From: Acholeplasma sp. | GTDB taxonomy: Bacteria > Bacillota_I > Bacilli_A > Acholeplasmatales > UBA5453 | Direction: 5' to 3' | Length of the DNA: 64,000 bases | NCBI GenBank assembly: GCA_036677365.1 | Contig: JAVBWN010000025.1 | Span: 14,301 to 78,300 of the forward strand | Part shown: one piece after another, positions 30,927 to 40,314 of the stretch | Layout: each line of letters begins with the position of its first letter | Position numbering within the stretch: the first letter of the stretch is position 1 | Notes under the pieces: generated by a model | What the model saw: only the letters and a program-made list of their open reading frames with translations | What the model was told of the DNA's origin: nothing | Databases searched by the model: none | Position numbers and translations under genes: made by a program

Positions 30927-31832
30927 ATGCTTATGATAGAAGTGAAAAATCTGACAAAAGATTTCGGATATAATCGGGGGGTTTTTGATATATCCTTTGA
31001 AGTTAAAGAGGGTGAAGTATTCGGTTTTCTTGGTCCCAATGGTGCGGGGAAAACCACGACAATAAGAATGCTCATGGGTTTTTCTCAACCCGATAAAGGA
31101 ACTGTATCCATTAACAGCAATGATTGTTGGAAAGATTACTCTTCGATATTGGGCGAAGTCGGTTATATTCCTGGTGAGGTTGCACTACCAGACGGACTGA
31201 GTGGACTTGAGTTCATCGATATGATGAAAAAAATGCGGCATGCAGAAGAGTCTAGGGTTACTTACTTACTGGATTTATTTGAATTGAATCCAAATCAGAG
31301 CATGAAAAAGATGTCCATAGGGGATAAGAGAAAGCTGGCAATTGTATCAGCCTTCATGTCGGATCCCAAAATTTTGATACTCGATGAACCAACCAGCGGC
31401 TTAGATCCTATCATGCAAAATAAATTTATCGAGTTAATCAAAACCGAGAAGAAAAGAGGGAAAACAATCCTTCTTTCAACTCATATATTTGAGGAAGTGG
31501 ATGCCTGTTGTGATCGATTGTCGATTATCAAGGAAGGTAAAATCATTTCAACGATTGAGACTGATATCATCAGAAATAACGAAAACAAAGTCTTTAAAAT
31601 TGAGTTTTTGGAAGATAAAGGATATGAGCAATTTATGAAATCGGATTTGAACATTATCTATAGCGATAAAACTAAAAAGAAGGTGAGAGTAGCAATCAAC
31701 GATAAAGAGATAAATCGTTTGATTAAGGAAGTCTCTGACAATCAGGTGAAATATTTTTCAGAGTCACAATTTACGCTCGAAGACTATTTCCTAAATTACT
31801 ATAAAGATAGCGAGGTTGAGTCATTCCTATGA
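30927..31832 (+). CDS. ABC-2-type exporter ATP-binding protein
   Basis: Walker A GPNGAGKT; 'LILDEPTSGLDP'. Confidence 0.95.
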   Translation: MLMIEVKNLTKDFGYNRGVFDISFEVKEGEVFGFLGPNGAGKTTTIRMLMGFSQPDKGTVSINSNDCWKDYSSILGEVGYIPGEVALPDGLSGLEFIDMMKKMRHAEESRVTYLLDLFELNPNQSMKKMSIGDKRKLAIVSAFMSDPKILILDEPTSGLDPIMQNKFIELIKTEKKRGKTILLSTHIFEEVDACCDRLSIIKEGKIISTIETDIIRNNENKVFKIEFLEDKGYEQFMKSDLNIIYSDKTKKKVRVAINDKEINRLIKEVSDNQVKYFSESQFTLEDYFLNYYKDSEVESFL

Positions 31833-32728
31833 GCATGATTGAAATTAGAAACCTGACAAAAGATTATGGATTATCACGAGGTATTTTCAACATCGATCTT
31901 GAAGTGAAAAAAGGTGAAATCTTTGGTTTTGTTGGAACTAACGGAAGTGGTAAAACAACAACGATCAGAAACATGATGGGTTTTATCAGACCGGATAGCG
32001 GAAGTGTCTACATAATGGATCATGAGGTGAACTATGACACAACTCAAATCATGAGACATATTGGATATGTGCCAGGCGAAATAGCTTTTCCCGACATAGG
32101 TGATGGGGATGCGTTCTTGAAGAGTCAAGCAGAAATGATGGGATTAAAAACCATGGAATACGCCAAGTATTTAATCAATAAATTTAAGCTAGACACCACA
32201 GCAAATCTAAAGCATATGAGCAAAGGCATGAAGCAAAAAACGGCCATCGTACAAGCGTTTATGGCTGAACCGGATATTTTAATCCTGGATGAGCCTTCAA
32301 CCGGACTTGATCCACTCATGCGAGAAACATTCGTAGATGTATTGATGGAGGCAAGACAGAGAGGTGCTACCATATTTATGAGCAGTCATGTGTTTGAAGA
32401 GGTAGAAAAAACATGTGATCGTGTCGCACTTTTGCATAACGGGAAAGTATTAGATATCGTGGATATGAAAAAGATTCGTCACAACGAAGTAAAGACATAC
32501 AAAGTTGGATTTGAAGACGAAAGAGATTATCAAAATTATGTGAATTTGAATCTCTACATAACGTCAAAAAATGATAAATATATGCAAGTAACCGTCGACA
32601 TCAAAGACGCTCAAGTAAACGAATTTATGAAGGTATTAGCGCAATTCAATTTAAAATATATCAAAGAAGTAAAATACACGCTCAAAAAGTATTTTTTAAA
32701 AAAAATAAGTGAGGACAACGAAAAATGA
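31829..32728 (+). CDS. ABC-2-type exporter ATP-binding protein (paralog)
   Basis: Walker A GTNGSGKT; 'MSKGMKQK' and 'LILDEPSTGLDP'. Confidence 0.95.
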   Translation: MSMIEIRNLTKDYGLSRGIFNIDLEVKKGEIFGFVGTNGSGKTTTIRNMMGFIRPDSGSVYIMDHEVNYDTTQIMRHIGYVPGEIAFPDIGDGDAFLKSQAEMMGLKTMEYAKYLINKFKLDTTANLKHMSKGMKQKTAIVQAFMAEPDILILDEPSTGLDPLMRETFVDVLMEARQRGATIFMSSHVFEEVEKTCDRVALLHNGKVLDIVDMKKIRHNEVKTYKVGFEDERDYQNYVNLNLYITSKNDKYMQVTVDIKDAQVNEFMKVLAQFNLKYIKEVKYTLKKYFLKKISEDNEK

Positions 32729-33612
32729 TCAGTATACCATTATTGAAACAATCCATCAAAGCGAATTGGGGTCTTTGGACAGCAACAACCCTGACATTGA
32801 TTTTGCTTTACGTCGTTATCAAATTTGCTATGGGGTTAGTCACGGTTTCAGGTGATGCAGACCCAAACATATTGATCCCATATATCATCGCCTTAGAATC
32901 CGCAGGGCTGTCACTCGACGGACTCTTTACTGCGATCGGTTTGAATCCTGACATCTTGACAGGCATTGCATCGATGGATTCAAATGTTCTGGTTAGCTCA
33001 ATTTTTTATCCTGTTGTGTCGGTGCTGATGCCCTTGGTCTACACGGTTATAGTTGGGAATAAATTGTTTGCCAGTCAAATTGATCGAGGATCCATGGCGT
33101 TTGTTTTATCCACTTCGATCAAGCGATCCAAGATAGCGTTCACGCAAATGTTCTTTTTCATCATGTCTTTAGTAGCGATGTTTATCTTAACAACCATCGT
33201 GGATGTTATCTTAGCATTAACCATCGAAAATTCATTAGCGATTGACCACGTTCTGTTGCTCAACCTAGGTCTATTCATATTCACGGTTGCCATGGGATCG
33301 ATTACGTTCATGTTTTCTGCGGTTTTCAACTATACGAAGCATTCGATCTCTTTAGGTGGAGGTGTAGCGTTAGTATTTTTCATATCTAAAATATTAGGGT
33401 TGTTTGGTTCTGATCTCTTCATGAACATGGGGATTGGTATCGAGCCCATGGGATACTTTAATAACATCACGATGATCACGCTGTTCAATACGACCTCAAT
33501 CTTGGATGGGTCATCCACCTACATCATGCACTTTGCAATTCTGTTACTCATTTCAGCGATGTGCTTTACAGTAGGCACGCTTTGGTTTACAAAAAAAGAT
33601 ATTCCAGTTTAA
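32725..33612 (+). CDS. ABC-2 transporter permease
   Basis: About 6 TM segments; 'QIDRGSMAFVLSTSIKRSKI' and C-terminal 'FTKKDIPV'. Confidence 0.88.
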   Translation: MISIPLLKQSIKANWGLWTATTLTLILLYVVIKFAMGLVTVSGDADPNILIPYIIALESAGLSLDGLFTAIGLNPDILTGIASMDSNVLVSSIFYPVVSVLMPLVYTVIVGNKLFASQIDRGSMAFVLSTSIKRSKIAFTQMFFFIMSLVAMFILTTIVDVILALTIENSLAIDHVLLLNLGLFIFTVAMGSITFMFSAVFNYTKHSISLGGGVALVFFISKILGLFGSDLFMNMGIGIEPMGYFNNITMITLFNTTSILDGSSTYIMHFAILLLISAMCFTVGTLWFTKKDIPV

Positions 33613-33645
33613 GGATCGTGCATAGTAGGATATCATGAAGGAGGG

Positions 33646-34335
33646 ATGCAATCAGTGAAAAAAATAATTATCTTTGATTTGGATGGAACTTTGAGCAACA
33701 ATGTCGATCAGTCTGAACTCATATATGAACGAATTTCAAAACGATACAAACTAAAACAACTATCCAAAGATGGAATTCGAGAATTAAAAACGAAGCCAGG
33801 TTTAAAGCGGTTGTTCGATTTAGGTGTTCCGATATATAAATTGCCTAAATTGTACAGAGAATCGCGTGATATTGCATCTGAATTTGTCGATGATTGCACG
33901 ATCATCTCAGGAATGAAAGAGCTCTTAGTGAACCTGAATGAAAGCAAGGTTAAATTAGCCATCGTTTCTTCAAATAGTGTTTCAAATATCAATAAAATAT
34001 TATCAAATAATGATATCAACACATTCTCCTTCATTGAGGGGAAGGCTAGCATGAAAGGAAAAAAACGCAAGATTAAGAAACTGCTTCGAAAACATGGATA
34101 TGATCCCGAGGACGCCATTTACGTCGGTGATGAAATTCGAGATGTCTTGGCTTGCCGATCAATTCCCATCGAAGTGATCGCGGTGACATGGGGATTTGAG
34201 ACGAAAAACGCTCTGGCAAACTCAAATCCCGATTACATTGTCGAGACGATTGAAGAATTATCCAGTTTGCTGATGAATAAAACTGGTGGTCATCGAATCA
34301 TTAAGAATCGCAGTAGAAAGGTAGAGAAACCATGA
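33646..34335 (+). CDS. HAD-family phosphatase
   Basis: 'IFDLDGTL', 'IVSSN', 'YVGDEIRD' and 'VTWGF'. Confidence 0.9.
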   Translation: MQSVKKIIIFDLDGTLSNNVDQSELIYERISKRYKLKQLSKDGIRELKTKPGLKRLFDLGVPIYKLPKLYRESRDIASEFVDDCTIISGMKELLVNLNESKVKLAIVSSNSVSNINKILSNNDINTFSFIEGKASMKGKKRKIKKLLRKHGYDPEDAIYVGDEIRDVLACRSIPIEVIAVTWGFETKNALANSNPDYIVETIEELSSLLMNKTGGHRIIKNRSRKVEKP

Positions 34336-35210
34336 GAAAAAGAATCGTGATTGACACTTCAACAGGCGGATTAGATTATTATCCATTTGAACATGGCATT
34401 GAGATATTGCGTATTAAGATCAATATCAAAGGTCAAGAGTATGAGGACGGATTAACACTAAAGGCAGATCAATTTTATGATATGCTTAAAAACGATAAAG
34501 AACTATTACCAAAGACCAGCCAACCATCTGTTGGCGATGTGATGAACATCTTTCAAAAATTCTTAGATGAAGGTGTTGAAGAGATTTTTGTAGTGACCAT
34601 ATCGGCTAAGATGAGCGGAACTTATAACTCATGCATCATGGCTGCTAAGGAGTTCGAAGGGAAAATAAAGATTAAGGTCTTTGATACGAAGACGGTCTGC
34701 TTTTCGGAAGGTATTTTCGCTTTGGAAGCTAAAAAGATGATCGACAAAGATTTTTCATTAGAAGAAATCGAAAACAAACTCAGTGACATGAGACATTTGA
34801 ACACCATCTATTTTGCAGTAAACTCTTTAACCTATCTGGTTAAAAATGGACGCTTGAGCAATGCGAAGGGCTACATAGGCAAACTTTTAGATATCAAACC
34901 GGTGTTACAGGTGCAAGAATCTGGGGAAATCGTTTCAATTGGCAACAAACGAACCATCAAATCCGTCCTATCTTCAATCACATCGTTGGTCGAAGAATAT
35001 GTCGATCATCGTCCATATCAGGCATATTTAATCTATACAGCGAACCCTAACCTGAAAGCTCATTTCGTTAGTATGATTAAAGAAAATCTCGGATTAGAAA
35101 ACCTGTATGAATCACCGTCGACTCCGGTGGTTGGTGCACATGTCGGTCCTGACGTGATAGGCATTGGGATTTTTATTGGTGATCATTTAGAGGTAGGTAG
35201 GAAAAATTGA
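34332..35210 (+). CDS. DegV/FakB fatty-acid-binding protein
   Basis: 'PKTSQPS', 'ISAKMSGTYNS', 'LVKNGRL', 'IKPVL' and 'AHVGP'. Confidence 0.93.
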   Translation: MRKRIVIDTSTGGLDYYPFEHGIEILRIKINIKGQEYEDGLTLKADQFYDMLKNDKELLPKTSQPSVGDVMNIFQKFLDEGVEEIFVVTISAKMSGTYNSCIMAAKEFEGKIKIKVFDTKTVCFSEGIFALEAKKMIDKDFSLEEIENKLSDMRHLNTIYFAVNSLTYLVKNGRLSNAKGYIGKLLDIKPVLQVQESGEIVSIGNKRTIKSVLSSITSLVEEYVDHRPYQAYLIYTANPNLKAHFVSMIKENLGLENLYESPSTPVVGAHVGPDVIGIGIFIGDHLEVGRKN

Positions 35211-35746
35211 TGAAAGAAAACATACAGGTTACTAGAAGCAAAGAGTGGATATATAATGCACTCATGTTCTTACTTAAAAAAAATGCTTTTAGAAAGATAT
35301 CTATTGATGATATTACAAAAGAAGCAGGTGTTGCAAGACCGACATTTTACCGCAACTTTGATTCGAAAGAAGATATATTGCTCGATCAAGGACGAAAAAT
35401 ATATGAACGTTTAATGTTGGATCTTGAAACGGACATGAATAATGACAATCCAATTTTCCATTCGATTAAGAAAATGGTCATAGTTTTCAATGAGTATTCC
35501 GATTTAATCGAAGTACTCATCACCAACAGCCTAGAATATCTTATCTTCCAGTCCTTTGAAGCTGAAATTTCAAAATTATTGAAAAAAGTATTTGATATTG
35601 AAAAGGAAGATAAATATAAAGCACGGTTTTTTGAAGGTGCACTCTTTTCTGTTGTGGTTGAATGGATTAAAAATTCAAAGTCTGAATCCGTTGACGAAAT
35701 GACTGAGATTATATATAATCTTGTCACATTTAATAACACCTTGTAA
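35210..35746 (+). CDS. TetR/AcrR family regulator
   Basis: 'ISIDDITKEAGVARPTFYRNFDSKEDIL'. Confidence 0.93.
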   Translation: MKENIQVTRSKEWIYNALMFLLKKNAFRKISIDDITKEAGVARPTFYRNFDSKEDILLDQGRKIYERLMLDLETDMNNDNPIFHSIKKMVIVFNEYSDLIEVLITNSLEYLIFQSFEAEISKLLKKVFDIEKEDKYKARFFEGALFSVVVEWIKNSKSESVDEMTEIIYNLVTFNNTL

Positions 35747-35933
35747 TGAATTGACCAGTAGATCGACGGCGGATTATAGATCAATCGTACAATTTTTAGT
35801 GGGATCAGCACTAATATTTAATAGCTATACTGACTTCAATTATTGATTACTTCAATCCATTTTGATAAACAAACTCGCAAGAAGTTGTATAGATTTTGAG
35901 ATGAAAACCTATTGTTTGTGAAAGGAAAAAAAT

Positions 35934-36749
35934 GTGAATAAATTAGGAATTTGTTTATCTGGTGGAGGCGCAAGAGGAGCATATCAAATCGGTGCGCTAA
36001 AAGCGCTTGAAGAACTGGGCATTTTACAAAAAGCGAGTGCGTTTTCTGGAGCTTCGATTGGAGCGGTTAATGTTACTTTTGCAGCCATTGGTTCACTTGA
36101 TTTAGCAATGGATATTTGGTTCAACGTTCCAGAAGCGCCACTGGGAGAAAAAACTGCAATTATAAAGACCATCAAGAACGAGAGATTAAGATTAATTGAT
36201 AATGGTTTGTTATCAATTAATAAGTTGAATGAGTATTTAAATGAGTATTTGAATTTTGAACTATTGACAAATAAAGATATCTATATTGCAGTCTCTGAAA
36301 CCGGTGATACTGATAAAGGATTTACTGACTTGTTGAAGTCTACCATTAAGCATTACGTTCATAGAGAATCACAAGTATCGTATGTACCACTTAAAGAGCT
36401 AGATAAAAATATGCAAATCAATACGCTTGTTGCCTCGTGCTCAATACCCATAGTGTTTCCACCTGTTATCACTAACAATAAAAAATATAGGGATGGAGGG
36501 TATTTCGATAACACCCCAGTTCAACCACTAATTGATATCGGTTGTGATGAAATCATCTGTGTCACTGTTTCAGCATTATCCTCATTGCGATCGAAAAAAA
36601 AGAAGTATAAGAATGTTAGAATACATGATATACGATCAACAAAAAGTTTAGGTAAAATACTTGATTTTACATCTATGCACTCAAGAAGAATTTATCATTA
36701 TGGATATGACGATGTCATGAATTATTTCAAAGACAAAAAAAGTGAATGA
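35934..36749 (+). CDS. patatin-like phospholipase
   Basis: 'LSGGGARGAYQIG', 'GASIG' (Ser) and 'DGG' (Asp). Confidence 0.92.
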   Translation: MNKLGICLSGGGARGAYQIGALKALEELGILQKASAFSGASIGAVNVTFAAIGSLDLAMDIWFNVPEAPLGEKTAIIKTIKNERLRLIDNGLLSINKLNEYLNEYLNFELLTNKDIYIAVSETGDTDKGFTDLLKSTIKHYVHRESQVSYVPLKELDKNMQINTLVASCSIPIVFPPVITNNKKYRDGGYFDNTPVQPLIDIGCDEIICVTVSALSSLRSKKKKYKNVRIHDIRSTKSLGKILDFTSMHSRRIYHYGYDDVMNYFKDKKSE

Positions 36750-36822
36750 AAGCTGTTGTTGAAATGCTTGAATCGACAATTGGTTTAAACATTCGAGTTT
36801 AGATATGATGAAGCAGGTGAAT

Positions 36823-38010
36823 ATGAAGCAAAGATTAGTAATATGAATTTTTACAGATGTATTTTTTCCAATGATTGATGGAGTGGTCAATGTCGTTGAT
36901 AACTATGCAAAAAAGCTATCTTTGACCGCAGATGTCTATGTTTTTTCACCTAATTATGGAGAAATAGAGAACATTGATAAATTTGCATATAAGGTTATAC
37001 GGACAAAGTCTATAAAATTGCCACTGATGGATTACAGGCTTTCGTTTCCAAGTTTTGATACTTTTTTTGAAAAGAGCATGAAAGCAATAAAATTTGATAT
37101 CATACATATTCACAGTCCATTTTCAGTAGGTAATTATGGGATTAATTATGCAAAAAGGCATAATATTCCACTTATCGCAACATTGCACAGTCAGTATAAA
37201 AAAGATTTCTACGAGCGTAGTAAAAATGCATTTATCAGTGAACTCGCAATCGGTGAATTGATGAGGAGATTAAACAGATGCGATCGACTCATTGCAGTAA
37301 ACGATGAAATTGCAAGAGTATTTTACGAGTATGGTGCGAAAAGTCTTCCTATAGTCATCCGCAATGGGACTGACTTATTGCCCTTGGAAGATGAACAGAT
37401 GGCTAATGATTTGAGAAAGATGCATCACATTCAGCATGAGGATAAAGTGCTTTTATATGTTGGCCGCTTAGACAAAATCAAAAATGTAGATTTTTTAATC
37501 GATTCTTTGACGATTCTTAAGAAAAGAGAGTTCAAATTTAAAATGATCTTTGTTGGATCTGGAATACATGAAGGTTTTATGAAGAAAAGAGTCACTTTAA
37601 ATAATCTTAATGAGAACACAATATTTACAGGTCGTATTAAAGATCGAATTGAATTATCATCTTACTACAAAGTAGCAGACCTTTTCTTATTGCCATCATT
37701 ATATGATGCTTCATCATTGGTTCAGGTTGAAGCAGCTAGTCAGCATACACCTACCTTATTTATAGAAAAAGCAGTAACAGCTAGCACTATTTGTGATGGA
37801 GTAAATGGATACCTCTCAAGCAATGCACCTGAAATGTATGCAGAAAAAATAATTGACATATTTAGTAAAGCTATATCACACAGGGAAATATGTAATAATG
37901 CTTACAGAGATCTATATCTATCGTGGAATCAAATCGTCAATGAATTATACAAAAACTACATTGATTTGATATCAGAAAAGTTAAATACAGTTAAAATGCA
38001 TAAAGACTGA
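36823..38010 (+). pseudogene. GT4 glycosyltransferase (diacylglycerol glucosyltransferase-like) with an in-frame TGA at codon 8
   Basis: ATG 36823 after AGGTG reads MKQRLVI*IFTDVFFPMIDGV, with TGA at 36844-36846 where the family has Gly. The rest is intact: 'HIHSPF', 'YVGRLDKIKN' and 'EAA'. Confidence 0.7.
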
Positions 38011-38093
38011 TAACTGCTTATCTACACATAGCAATCTAAACACTGGTAATGAAAGTTCCGAAATACACAATGCTTGACATTCTTGTCAATAAA

Positions 38094-38181
38094 AGCCATC
38101 AGATGACCTTCATAGGTTTCGATGGCTTTTTTTCGATGAGTCAGATTTTATTCATCTTCGCAACATATTTTGCTTCAAAAA
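38094..38181. repeat. right copy of the cargo-flanking repeat; bidirectional terminator between GT4 and the recombinase
   Basis: AAAAGCCATC...GATGGCTTTTTTT. 24 bp are identical to 30629-30652, and 38159-38181 matches 30751-30773 at 21/23. Confidence 0.85.
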
Positions 38182-38184
38182 AAA

Positions 38185-39903
38185 TTAGATAATAACGACT
38201 TTGTAATTCATAATTTTACCGTACTTTTCGTTATGATAAGTACCTGTTGCTAAAGGTTTTAGTGCTTCAAAAGTATGTCTATTTTCTGAGAATTCTTTAT
38301 CGGTATAATTCTTGGTTCCTGCTACACAGAAGACAATGTTTTCAGGTGTCACTGAGATGATCTTGTAAATGAATGAACGTAATGTATCACTATCAACTTC
38401 CTGGATTGGTTCTAGTAAATTGTTGAGTGTGGTTTCTATCTTTGCAAGTCTTGATCGCGTATCGTAGTTCGTTAAGTACTCACCTTCAAGTTTTCTGATC
38501 TCGGTTTTGTTATTGTGAAGCTGCAAGGTCAGTGATTGGTATTTGCTGTTGAAATCCTCCTGGGAAAGATTAGGATTCTTCACTTGAACATCAATTAGGT
38601 TTGATATCATTCTTTCAAGCTCATCGCCTTGTGTTTGAAGCTTTTGAATCTTGATTTCAACATCGCTAACTCGAATGGTCGACTTGATGATTTTCTGTAT
38701 GTTTGGGATGATATCCTTTTCCTGTAAAAACACCTCGTTGAGCATTTTCACAGTCGCACCTTCAATCATCTCTTGGTAAGTAGCTTTAGCCTTACAGTGG
38801 GCTTTACCGTCGATGTAACCACCACATTGTTGCATAACTCTTTGAGCTGGTGTACCGTAATTCCAATAGCGTCTTTTCAAGGTTCGTCCACATTCAGAAC
38901 AAACGATAAATGCTGAGAATGGATAAGTGACATTGTACTTGGCTAGGTTCTTATCCTTTCCAACTTTTACCTTGCTACGATCCTCTCTGATCCTTTGTGC
39001 GAGGAGGAATGTTTCTCTATCGATTATTGCCTCGTGTGCATTCTCGGTATGATACATTGGAGCGAGTTCTTTATTCTTTACTTTCTTATGTGAAAGGTAA
39101 TCAACTGTCAGTGTTTTCTGCTGAACCAAATCGCCGATGTATTTTTCGTTCTTTAGGATAACTGCAACGGTGGACATACTCCACTTGGATGCACCAGCAC
39201 CCGTGGTTGCTCCTATGGATTCCATGTGTTTTGCAATCTTCATCGGTCCGATACCACTCACATACATTTGGAATATCTCACGGACGATTTTAGCTTCTTC
39301 AGGAACAACGATTAAGTTGCCACTTCGTTTGTCTTTGGTATAACCTAAGAACCTGTTGTGATTCACAATTGGAACGCTATTGTTGAAGCGCTTTTGAACA
39401 TTCCATTTGACGTTCTCGCTCACGTTTCTAGCTTCCTCTTGGGCGATGGATGACATGATGGTTAATAAGAAGTCCACCTTTGGGTCTGAGGAGTAGATGT
39501 TTTCTTTTTCAAAGAAGATCTCAACATTGATTGCTCGCATCTCTCTGATGTAGTTTAAGCAATCAACTGTGTTTCTAGCGAATCGTGAGATTGACTTCGT
39601 CATGATCAAATCGATTTCACCACGCTTTGCAGCATCCATCATATTATTGAACTGTTTTCTGTGCTTGGTGGAAGTTCCGCTGATGCCCTCGTCTGCATAG
39701 ATACCACAGAATGTCCATTCAGGGTTATTTTGAATCCTTTCGGTGTATTCGTCGGTTTGAGCGATGTAACTCGTTTTCTGTTCCTCATTATCGGTGGACA
39801 CTCGAACGTAGGCACACACACGTTTTTTGAGGTTCTTGGGTATGGTTCCTGATAAATCGAACACAGGTTTTGGTTGTATGACTCTGACTTGTTTGTTTTG
39901 CAT
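38185..39903 (-). CDS. large serine recombinase (integrase)
   Basis: 'AYVRVST' (catalytic Ser), 'DEGISG', 'KSISRFARN', recombinase domain 'LKNEKYIG...HEAII', Zn ribbon 'CSECG' and a coiled coil. Confidence 0.96.
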   Translation of the reverse strand: MQNKQVRVIQPKPVFDLSGTIPKNLKKRVCAYVRVSTDNEEQKTSYIAQTDEYTERIQNNPEWTFCGIYADEGISGTSTKHRKQFNNMMDAAKRGEIDLIMTKSISRFARNTVDCLNYIREMRAINVEIFFEKENIYSSDPKVDFLLTIMSSIAQEEARNVSENVKWNVQKRFNNSVPIVNHNRFLGYTKDKRSGNLIVVPEEAKIVREIFQMYVSGIGPMKIAKHMESIGATTGAGASKWSMSTVAVILKNEKYIGDLVQQKTLTVDYLSHKKVKNKELAPMYHTENAHEAIIDRETFLLAQRIREDRSKVKVGKDKNLAKYNVTYPFSAFIVCSECGRTLKRRYWNYGTPAQRVMQQCGGYIDGKAHCKAKATYQEMIEGATVKMLNEVFLQEKDIIPNIQKIIKSTIRVSDVEIKIQKLQTQGDELERMISNLIDVQVKNPNLSQEDFNSKYQSLTLQLHNNKTEIRKLEGEYLTNYDTRSRLAKIETTLNNLLEPIQEVDSDTLRSFIYKIISVTPENIVFCVAGTKNYTDKEFSENRHTFEALKPLATGTYHNEKYGKIMNYKVVII

Positions 39904-39917
39904 TATTTTTCCTCCTT

Positions 39918-39963
39918 GGTTAGTACATATACATCACTCTAAAAGCAATGAATAGCAAGTCAA
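39918..39963 (-). promoter_or_regulatory. class-A promoter motif, copy 1 (upstream of the integrase)
   Basis: TTGACTTGCTATTCATTGCTTTTAGAGTGATGTATATGTACTAACC followed by AAGGAGG. Confidence 0.75.
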
Positions 39964-40142
39964 TTCTCAACTATTTCATTGCTTTCTGATGTAATAAAGG
40001 TTATGTTGTATTGTTGTTTCAATCTGGACAGGATTTCTTTGTATTCACTTTCAGTGAGAAGCTTTTCCATATAAAGGTTAAAAGCTATCCTAACTGAGTA
40101 ATTGTATTTCATTTGATCGGTAACGATCGTAGCCTTATTCAT
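39960..40142 (-). CDS. small SHOCT-like protein upstream of the recombinase (candidate directionality factor)
   Basis: SHOCT-like 'LYMEKLLTESEYKEI..RLKQQY'; GAAAGG RBS. Confidence 0.6.
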   Translation of the reverse strand: MNKATIVTDQMKYNYSVRIAFNLYMEKLLTESEYKEILSRLKQQYNITFITSESNEIVEN

Positions 40143-40162
40143 TGGTATCCTTTCTAAAGGAT

Positions 40163-40250
40163 AAAAAGAAAAAAAGGAATTGCCATAGCAATCCCTAGGG
40201 AAAGTGCGTGCCTTATGAGCACTGAGTTTGTGACGCTGCCTAACCTACCA
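40163..40250 (-). ncRNA. candidate structured leader/attenuator ending in an intrinsic terminator
   Basis: Hairpin GUGCU-CAUAA-GGCAC and terminator GGGAUUGC-UAUG-GCAAUUCC-U7. G-U pairs work only on the minus strand. Confidence 0.55.
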
Positions 40251-40255
40251 ACAGT

Positions 40256-40300
40256 AGTTTATCACTAACTAAAATTTAAAACTACATGCCAGTGGCACAA
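40256..40300 (-). promoter_or_regulatory. class-B promoter, copy 1
   Basis: TTGTGCCACTGGCATG-TAGTTT-17 bp-TAAACT with extended TG. Confidence 0.65.
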
Positions 40301-40314
40301 ACGTATTGTAAGGT

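Noticed and set aside
36844..36846. TGA recoding (Trp, Gly or Sec) as an explanation for the GT4 stop
   Set aside because: TGA terminates many genes here (e.g. 36749, 38010, 52350) and Trp is encoded by TGG. A single substitution is simpler.
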